Positions 1-6,046 of a stretch of 26,357 nt of DNA are shown here, piece by piece. Position numbers and translations under genes: made by a program. Location of the stretch: positions 1-26,357 of the IMG/VR virus record IMGVR_UViG_2645727948_000026; one strand, written 5' to 3'. Under the pieces are notes generated by a model that was not told where the DNA came from, made no database searches, and saw nothing but the letters and a program-made list of their open reading frames with translations. Every line of letters starts with the position of its first letter. Positions within the stretch are counted from its first letter, which is position 1. Source of the DNA: a virus. Its lineage: Duplodnaviria; Heunggongvirae; Uroviricota; Caudoviricetes.

Positions 1-60
1 GGTATCCGTTCTGCTGAAGTGTCATGGCGTTGATTTTACGGTGACTCTTCGACAGTGAAA

Positions 61-83
61 AGAAAAAAGGCCGCAGAGCGGCC
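61..83 (-). terminator. Rho-independent terminator ending the C-int-cargo operon
   Basis: Hairpin GGCCGC-AGA-GCGGCC at 69-83; on the minus strand it is followed by a U-run (plus A6 at 63-68 then more A). Lies about 125 nt past the stop of the 209..646 CDS. Confidence 0.55.
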
Positions 84-208
84 ATAAACACAAGTAAAAA
101 TCAATAAGTTAGATAATTATCAAAGGCTTACAGACACACAAAAACACAGCCAACCACAACAAATAACAGGGATGTGGTCACTTTGTGGATCATATCGCCG
201 CCATAAAT

Positions 209-646
209 TTACTTAATAACAGTAACCACAGCCACAAGCACAGCCATCGCAGACAGGACAATACCTGTGAGTAACCAAGTCTGATTTGCAAATGATTTCT
301 GAAGTTCAGTACGATGCTCAGCCATCTCAACTTTCAGAGACTGGCGTAAATCAGCCATCTCAGACTTCAGGGATTGGCGCGATTCTGCCATCTCAAGCCT
401 CAACCCTTCGCGAATCTCCAGTACATCAGATTTGGTAGCAAAGGATTCGCTTCTTGTGGTGAGAGTAATCAGGTTGTTTTTGATTTCAGTCACATCACTT
501 TCCAGGCAACTGACCCGCCGTTCAAGGTCGTCATTCATGCCATCACCTCCATCATTACCACTTCCTGTTACTTGGTTGTTGGATACATTATAGGCATTCT
601 CTTTCTTTTTTCTGAACCGCGAAATATGTGCAACATTCTCTGCCAT
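209..646 (-). CDS. Tail-anchored coiled-coil membrane protein (145 aa), function unknown
   Basis: ORF track 209..649 (GTG); ATG at 646 overlaps the upstream stop (TGATG). Three 11-aa repeats (LEMAESRQSLK / SEMADLRQSLK / VEMAEHRTELQ) and one C-terminal hydrophobic helix WLLTGIVLSAMAVLVAVVTVI. Architecture resembles XhlA/DUF1640-type proteins (from memory). Confidence 0.6.
   Translation of the reverse strand: MAENVAHISRFRKKKENAYNVSNNQVTGSGNDGGDGMNDDLERRVSCLESDVTEIKNNLITLTTRSESFATKSDVLEIREGLRLEMAESRQSLKSEMADLRQSLKVEMAEHRTELQKSFANQTWLLTGIVLSAMAVLVAVVTVIK
319..417. repeat. Three tandem 33-bp repeats inside the 209..646 CDS
   Basis: cagccatctcaactttcagagactggcgtaaat / cagccatctcagacttcagggattggcgcgatt / ctgccatctcaagcctcaacccttcgcgaatct; they encode the 11-aa coiled-coil repeats. 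Confidence 0.7.
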
Positions 647-1008
647 CACTTCTCATCACCCTGCTTGCCTACCCAGTTCATAAAGGCCCGGGCCGAGTAA
701 CGATGAACAAACCCACATCTGTTACAGGTAAGTCGGAATTCATAGTTATGGATATTTTCCCGATCATGTCCCTCATATCCCGGATACCCAGTAAATGGAC
801 CGATATAATCAAGCATAACAAGAGTGCCTAAATCACACTCCTCAGCAGTTTTCGGCTCAGACCCCACCTCAACAATATTCGTCAAATACATGTACATATC
901 CGTATCGCCACACGACAAACATTTTTCATTCGTAGACGACTCATTGAGAAAACGCGCAAAATTATCGAGCGTTGCCATTCTTTTAAGTTCATCTATATCA
1001 AACTTCAC
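646..1008 (-). CDS. Cys4 zinc-ribbon protein (120 aa), function unknown
   Basis: ORF track 646..1008. GTG start 3 nt after the int stop, preceded by AGGAGG (plus 1018-1023, inside the int 3' end). CxxC pairs at C30/C33 and C95/C98. Confidence 0.6.
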   Translation of the reverse strand: MKFDIDELKRMATLDNFARFLNESSTNEKCLSCGDTDMYMYLTNIVEVGSEPKTAEECDLGTLVMLDYIGPFTGYPGYEGHDRENIHNYEFRLTCNRCGFVHRYSARAFMNWVGKQGDEK

Positions 1009-1010
1009 TC

Positions 1011-1988
1011 TTAAGCACCTCCTAGTGGATTAAACCTCACCGCATCCTGCAGGTAATCCGGCGCAAGATGGGCATAAATCATCGTTGTCTGAATCTTTGC
1101 GTGCCCCAGAATTTTCTGGAGCGTCAGAATATTGCCGCCGTTCATCATGAAATGACTGGCGAAGGTGTGGCGCAGCGCATGAACAGCCTGGCCGTCAGGA
1201 ACATCAGGTGCGACCGTTTTGATGACATCGCGAACCAATGAATAATCCAGCGTCGGAAACACCAGTTTCCCGCCCCGTTTTTTGATCTTTTCAAACAGGC
1301 TTTCAGAAATAGGAACGGTACGGTTTTTGCTGTTCTTCGTTTTTGAAAAAGTGATTCGACAATGAAGAACACGGCGCTGCTCCAGTGCCGCTACCTCGCC
1401 CCATTGCGCCCCGGTCGACAGAAGGATTTCGACAGCCAGCCGTTCATCGGGATTTTCAGCCAGTGCATCCAGCAACTGAACACATTCAGACTTACTCAGG
1501 TATCCCATTTCGCGCTCGTTAACCTTCATTCCTTTAAGGCCTTGAACGGGGTTATCGTTAAGAAAATGGCCGGATGAGATGAGTGCGGTAAACATCGCGC
1601 TTAACGCCCCAATCTCTCGATTTATGGTGCTGGGCTGTATCCCCTGCTCTATCCTGGACACACGTAGCTCGGTGAGCATCGTTGTATTAAGTTTATGCAC
1701 GCACGGGTCATCCATTGCCTCACTCAAGCGCAGCAATTTAAGGCGCGTGTTATGCCCTGACTTCATTAGCTGGCCGTGGTATTTCCACCACAAGTCAATA
1801 AGCACTGACAGCGGACGGCGATCAATAGAGTTTCCTTTCCACTCATTGTTATGCTGTTGCGCCAGCACCCACCGCTCATATAAAACTGCATCCGATTTCG
1901 TTTTAAATTTTTTACGAATGCGTTTGCCTTTACGCCCCTCCGGGCGTATGTCAAGAAGATACCCTCCCGGAATTGATTTTATGCTCAT
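1011..1988 (-). CDS. int: Tyrosine integrase, P2 Int-like
   Basis: ORF track 1011..2138; start trimmed to ATG at 1988 (MSIKSIPGGYLLDIRPEGRKGKRIRKKF) by recalled similarity to the P2 Int N-terminus. C-terminal HxxR...Y-type catalytic region (HALRHTF ... MIYAHL). Confidence 0.9.
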   Translation of the reverse strand: MSIKSIPGGYLLDIRPEGRKGKRIRKKFKTKSDAVLYERWVLAQQHNNEWKGNSIDRRPLSVLIDLWWKYHGQLMKSGHNTRLKLLRLSEAMDDPCVHKLNTTMLTELRVSRIEQGIQPSTINREIGALSAMFTALISSGHFLNDNPVQGLKGMKVNEREMGYLSKSECVQLLDALAENPDERLAVEILLSTGAQWGEVAALEQRRVLHCRITFSKTKNSKNRTVPISESLFEKIKKRGGKLVFPTLDYSLVRDVIKTVAPDVPDGQAVHALRHTFASHFMMNGGNILTLQKILGHAKIQTTMIYAHLAPDYLQDAVRFNPLGGA

Positions 1989-2037
1989 TCGTGAAACCCC
2001 AGCGTTACAAGACCACCATGCCCCCAGCGCTCCATGA

Positions 2038-2346
2038 TTAGCCGGGCTGTGTGCCAGTCTTGCGGGGTTTTTGAGAAGGCGATGTGCTTTTTGGCCCATC
2101 AGGGGAGAGAGACGGACTGATCTGCCCAGCAGCCTCATTTGTTTTTCCCGTCATAAGCCAATTCATGTACTTAAAAAAGCGAGGGTGATTAACAATCTTG
2201 ATAAGCACTTCGCCCCCTATGTTTTCAATCCGCCCCGTTTCATAACGACGCAAAGTGCCGATAGGCACATCAATCAGGCCGCAAAATTCTTCGCGCGTTA
2301 AATCCTCTGATTCACGAATCACTCTAATTTTTTCACCGATAAGCAT
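2038..2346 (-). CDS. C: Immunity repressor, P2 C-like
   Basis: ORF track 2038..2382; start trimmed to M13 (MLIGEKIRVIRESEDLTREEF...). Helix-turn-helix region, sits directly upstream of int and divergent from the early operon, as in P2. Confidence 0.75.
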   Translation of the reverse strand: MLIGEKIRVIRESEDLTREEFCGLIDVPIGTLRRYETGRIENIGGEVLIKIVNHPRFFKYMNWLMTGKTNEAAGQISPSLSPDGPKSTSPSQKPRKTGTQPG

Positions 2347-2355
2347 TGACAGTGT

Positions 2356-2404
2356 TCCTATAAGTACACTAAGCTTGCGCACAAGGTGTACTTATAAGTA
2401 CACC
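2356..2404. promoter_or_regulatory. Putative repressor operator / early-lysogenic promoter switch
   Basis: Perfect 20-bp palindrome GGTGTACTTATAAGTACACC at 2385-2404, plus a half-site copy TATAAGTACAC at 2359-2369, between the divergent C and cox-like genes. TATAAG within the palindrome is -10-like. Confidence 0.6.
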
Positions 2405-2442
2405 AAGTCACAAACAACCACAGATAGCGCAGGTTATCACAC

Positions 2443-2721
2443 ATGGCAAAAGTCCTGAACACACACGAACAGGCAGACTTTGAGCGTTTAGCAGCGTTCT
2501 ATCCCTACCGCGATGAGCATGGGTTACCAGTACTTGAAGAAAGCCTGAAAGATTACGCAAAGCGTACCAACCAAGCTGTTAACACAGTGAAAAGACAGGC
2601 TGACAGAGGTTCAATTCCCATCAACCAGGATGAAAAGAACTCAAGACGCACAGTAAATCTCTTCGCTCTTTTCCTGAAAACAATCAGGAGCGCAGAAAAA
2701 TACGTGCAGATGACAAAATAA
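2443..2721 (+). CDS. First early-operon gene, putative Cox/Apl-type regulator-excisionase (92 aa)
   Basis: ORF track; called from its position as first gene divergent from C. No sequence motif recognised. Confidence 0.4.
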   Translation: MAKVLNTHEQADFERLAAFYPYRDEHGLPVLEESLKDYAKRTNQAVNTVKRQADRGSIPINQDEKNSRRTVNLFALFLKTIRSAEKYVQMTK

Positions 2722-2735
2722 CGAGGTGTCATTTT

Positions 2736-3074
2736 ATGCTGAAGCAACGCCGTAATTTTCGTACCGGAACAGAACGCCACGCTAACCGTTTCACTACCAG
2801 TGCATCACGCAGCAACTCTCGCTACAGCCTGAGTGATACACACGCAACGCCGGATGGCTACCCAGTAAAACAAATCGGCGAGCACGCCTGGCTGATTGAG
2901 AAAGCTGGAATCGTGATCCACAAATGCCCACGCAATCCGTTTACCGGAAACCGCATTTTTGCATTGAGCTGTGGCGACAATCAGTTCGGGCAGGATTTCA
3001 CATTATACGAAGCACTTCGCACGGTTGATCGTCTGCTTCGCGGGCAAAGTTTTATTAAACAGGCTGATTTATAA
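2736..3074 (+). CDS. Early-operon hypothetical protein (112 aa)
   Basis: ORF track; ATG at 2736 with GAGGTG about 9 nt upstream. Confidence 0.5.
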   Translation: MLKQRRNFRTGTERHANRFTTSASRSNSRYSLSDTHATPDGYPVKQIGEHAWLIEKAGIVIHKCPRNPFTGNRIFALSCGDNQFGQDFTLYEALRTVDRLLRGQSFIKQADL

Positions 3075-3084
3075 CAGGCGCTTT

Positions 3085-3372
3085 ATGACCAAAGACCATG
3101 CACAAGGTGTATTTATCCGTTTTATTGATTTTCGCGGTGAACTGTTATTACGTGCATCCGCTATTGACGGAGTGACTCCGGCGGGTAAAAACGGAACCGA
3201 CGAAGCCACTTACGTTTATCTGAACGGCACGCGACTGCTTGTGGAACTTCCGTACCAGACCGTACGAGAAATCATTAGCGAAGCTGAAAAGGCACGCCAG
3301 GTTAATGCCGATGAACCCTATATCGAAATTATTTGTATGGATTCAGAAGCTGAAATACAGAAAGCAGATTAA
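3085..3372 (+). CDS. Early-operon hypothetical protein (about 95 aa)
   Basis: ORF track 2971..3372 overlaps the previous ORF by about 100 nt; internal ATG at 3085 chosen. Start uncertain. Confidence 0.4.
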   Translation: MTKDHAQGVFIRFIDFRGELLLRASAIDGVTPAGKNGTDEATYVYLNGTRLLVELPYQTVREIISEAEKARQVNADEPYIEIICMDSEAEIQKAD

Positions 3373-3383
3373 AGGGCGTTGTG

Positions 3384-3626
3384 ATGGGCAAAGAATATAA
3401 AACTCTCATTAACAAAGCACTTGAGCGTTTTTATTTTCGCTTAAGTGCATCAGGCGCTCATGCTGAACGTGCGGCCCGTGACTCATTGACCAGAGCAATC
3501 CGAAGTCTGTATGACGTGGCTTTTTACGCTGATGATCTGGATGCACTTAACGAACTTTCCGAGCTGATCTGTGCCGCAGAATGCGGGGAACATATTGAAC
3601 CGTATAAGTTGGGAAATATCGCATGA
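3384..3626 (+). CDS. Early-operon hypothetical protein (80 aa)
   Basis: ORF track 3381..3626 begins with GTG; ATG at 3384 has AAGGG 7 nt upstream. Confidence 0.5.
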   Translation: MGKEYKTLINKALERFYFRLSASGAHAERAARDSLTRAIRSLYDVAFYADDLDALNELSELICAAECGEHIEPYKLGNIA

Positions 3627-3736
3627 GTATATTTATCTCATGGCTTGTTCTGATTATTTCGGTGGTCTGCGCCATTGGGATTATGCGAATTATTAATTCA
3701 GTGAAAAAGATCGAGCGTTTTTTCTCTGATGAATAA
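3623..3736 (+). CDS. Small hydrophobic peptide (37 aa), putative membrane protein
   Basis: Not in the ORF track (under 60 aa). ATG at 3623 overlaps the upstream stop (ATGA). Translation MSIFISWLVLIISVVCAIGIMRIINSVKKIERFFSDE has one predicted TM helix. Confidence 0.4.
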   Translation: MSIFISWLVLIISVVCAIGIMRIINSVKKIERFFSDE

Positions 3737-3828
3737 CGATACAAATAAAACATCAAATTAAATAAGAAAACGTGAAAACCATCCGTATTAATGGAGGTAT
3801 TCGCACGCGTAAATAACGGAGATATAAA

Positions 3829-4245
3829 ATGAAAGCAAAAGAAGAAGGCATTATCGACACATTTAAAAAAATATCAGAAGCGGAAGATGAAATGGCTAAA
3901 GATGCCGTGAAGCGTAGCCAACATATGGCAGCACTTCACGCACTGACCATTGCAAAAATCACCGCTGACGCAGCCAAAATTATTGAGGAACAGGGCAAAG
4001 AAATCGATACTCTTAAAACACAGTCAACAGTTGCAGCCATGAATCCGTCCAGCATTGGACGCCGCATTTACATTCTTGGTTCGGCAATAATGACGCAATA
4101 CACCATTATTGCCGAACTGCACGGCAAATACCTGATAACGCCTTACCACACAAAAGAGTCAGAGCTTCTGACAAATCTCCGCCTGATAGAACGCTCTCAA
4201 GCTGTATTCATTGATGACGCGCAACGTGCCGTATTTAACGCATAG
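3829..4245 (+). CDS. Early-operon hypothetical protein (138 aa)
   Basis: ORF track; GGAG 8 nt upstream of ATG. Confidence 0.55.
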   Translation: MKAKEEGIIDTFKKISEAEDEMAKDAVKRSQHMAALHALTIAKITADAAKIIEEQGKEIDTLKTQSTVAAMNPSSIGRRIYILGSAIMTQYTIIAELHGKYLITPYHTKESELLTNLRLIERSQAVFIDDAQRAVFNA

Positions 4246-4268
4246 GGTTACTGGACAAAGGGGGCGCA

Positions 4269-4472
4269 ATGGCAATTAAGCATTTTCCCGTCGTTCGCTT
4301 TACCTCCAGAGGGCGCGAATACGAGGTCGACGAACGCCTGATTACCACTATCGACAAACATCGTTCGGAAAAGGATGCACACCACATCTACCTCACTGAC
4401 GGCACTTACTTCTGCGCCACCAACGTGGCGCGAGTAAATCTTATCCGACAGGTACAGGAGCCACGCAGATGA
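4269..4472 (+). CDS. Early-operon hypothetical protein (67 aa)
   Basis: ORF track; AAGGGGG RBS upstream. Confidence 0.5.
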   Translation: MAIKHFPVVRFTSRGREYEVDERLITTIDKHRSEKDAHHIYLTDGTYFCATNVARVNLIRQVQEPRR

Positions 4473-4735
4473 CCATTCTGGACTACATCGCTACTCATCC
4501 GGGGTGTAGCGGCGGAGAGATCGCCGCAGCACTGAATACCCCAACCACAGCCATTAATGCTGAGTTACGCCGACTTTGGCGCGGCGGCTTAGTCATCAGA
4601 ACAAACCGCAGCACAGGTGGTCGCGCTCGCAAAACAGGAGGCCAGGCTTCTTACCACGTAAACCCGATGCCGTTCGGGTGTAGCAATCCACTTACTCACA
4701 TGTTTAACCAGCTACTGAAGGAAGCCAGAGCATGA
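4469..4735 (+). CDS. Small putative DNA-binding protein (88 aa)
   Basis: ORF track; ATGA overlap with upstream ORF, CAGGAG RBS. Basic C-terminal region; winged-helix-like by eye only. Confidence 0.5.
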   Translation: MTILDYIATHPGCSGGEIAAALNTPTTAINAELRRLWRGGLVIRTNRSTGGRARKTGGQASYHVNPMPFGCSNPLTHMFNQLLKEARA

Positions 4736-5031
4736 GCACCATCAACCACCAGAAGCTACGCGAACTGGCATTTGCCCTGCAACGAATGGCAACGCCTCAA
4801 AAATTACTGGCATTTCGCGCAATGCTCTCGCCGTCTGCTGTGCTGGCACTGCTGAATGAGCTGGAGCACGCCAGAACCACGGCTCCTGCCATTCGCCTGA
4901 CGCTCCATCATGAAATCGCTGATTTCTGCGCGACGTTGGAGGCGCCGGGCGAACCGGAAACGCCGGAAGCAATACAGCAAGAGCTGCTGCAACGCATTGA
5001 CAAGGTTTTTGATTTTTTTCTGAACCAGTAA
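4732..5031 (+). CDS. Early-operon hypothetical protein (99 aa)
   Basis: ORF track; ATGA overlap with upstream ORF. Confidence 0.5.
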   Translation: MSTINHQKLRELAFALQRMATPQKLLAFRAMLSPSAVLALLNELEHARTTAPAIRLTLHHEIADFCATLEAPGEPETPEAIQQELLQRIDKVFDFFLNQ

Positions 5032-5153
5032 GAAACCAGAACATGCACACACAAAAAAACCGCTTGCCATGCCGCAATCAGTCAGGTTACATTTCCGCTG
5101 CACCTCATAAAACGGGTGCCGGGATTTCCACCCCGCTGACAACCAAAGCGCAC

Positions 5154-5174
5154 AACCGCGCCAGCGGTTTTTTT
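5154..5174 (+). terminator. Intrinsic-terminator-like hairpin inside the early operon
   Basis: AACCGC-GCCA-GCGGTT stem-loop followed by a T7 run (5168-5174). Confidence 0.4.
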
Positions 5175-5214
5175 GTGCGTACCGTATCGCCACGTCTTTT
5201 TCGCACACGAATTA

Positions 5215-5300
5215 TGGTGGGGCGTACAGGGCCGACTTCGGTCGGGCCGGGTTCTTTGGTTGCCGGTTGTGGAAACCCTGTACGTCTCACCACCCCGAGT
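5215..5300 (+). other. Structured untranslated element (possible regulatory RNA)
   Basis: 9-bp long-range stem CGTACAGGG (5223-5231) / CCCTGTACG (5276-5284) enclosing a CCGAC-UUCG-GUCGG tetraloop hairpin (5232-5245) and CCGG/CCGG pairing. The only ORF across it (track 5043..5660) has implausible composition. Confidence 0.35.
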
Positions 5301-5353
5301 TTTCCACCTCTGGATGGTGAGTTTTCAAAACTTACAACCAAAGAGGCCACCCC

Positions 5354-5584
5354 ATGGCAAACCGCAAACAACAGCGCGCATACGCTGCGCGTCGTCACAT
5401 CCAGACTGAAATCAACCGCAGACTTTACCGCGCATCACGCGTCGCTCGTATCATGTTCATCAACATGTCACATGAGCACAGCCACGTGCTGTCAAACGCC
5501 TACTCCGCCGCAGTATTTAGCTATCTGGCGGATGATCTGCGCGAGCTTCAGCAGCTCATCGAGCAGCAAAACAAACCCCATTAA
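5354..5584 (+). CDS. Early-operon hypothetical protein (76 aa)
   Basis: ORF track; AGAGG RBS 8 nt upstream of ATG. Confidence 0.5.
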   Translation: MANRKQQRAYAARRHIQTEINRRLYRASRVARIMFINMSHEHSHVLSNAYSAAVFSYLADDLRELQQLIEQQNKPH

Positions 5585-5656
5585 TTCCTGTTCCGGGCCT
5601 TTCCTGCACCTTGCGGCGGGAGGCCTTCGCACATCTGTAGTAAAGAGAATTGCAGC

Positions 5657-6046
5657 ATGATTGACGCTCATGACTTCACAAGATGGGTGCGCACACAGGA
5701 CACCCGTCTGGCTCCCGTTCTTCAGGGATTATTTGATCTCTACATCCGTGGTCGTGACAACAGAGCACGCACCACAAAACCGGAGAATGCAGACACCCTT
5801 TATTTCACAGTAGACGACTGCTACCGCGTGGACTTCACACCACACGGGCTGGCGTTGCACTGCCTGACACCACACGGAGAATCACTGCTGGCGTATTACG
5901 ACTCCCCGACCTCCGTATTTGCGGCAATGCTGGCGCATCGCACTGCTGGCGGGTGTGCCTCGCTGAGTGAATACACCGCTGAATTTAACCGCCTTTCTGC
6001 CCTCTTCTCGCAGGAGTGGCAGCGCGTGACGGGATACCAGCCATGA
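5657..6046 (+). CDS. Early-operon hypothetical protein (129 aa)
   Basis: ORF track; its stop overlaps the likely gpA start (ATGA). Confidence 0.55.
   Translation: MIDAHDFTRWVRTQDTRLAPVLQGLFDLYIRGRDNRARTTKPENADTLYFTVDDCYRVDFTPHGLALHCLTPHGESLLAYYDSPTSVFAAMLAHRTAGGCASLSEYTAEFNRLSALFSQEWQRVTGYQP

Noticed and set aside
1-208. attL core / host-prophage junction
   Set aside because: Cannot be located without the other prophage end or the empty host site; only the operon terminator is called here.
5215-5300. Possible tRNA or tRNA-like gene
   Set aside because: No T-loop (GTTCRANNC) or cloverleaf arm lengths could be fitted; treated as a generic structured element.
5043-5660. 205-aa plus-strand ORF spanning the structured early-operon gap
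   Set aside because: Ser/Thr/Pro/Cys-rich low-complexity translation, no RBS, overlaps the well-supported 5354..5584 gene and terminator-like structures; judged non-coding.
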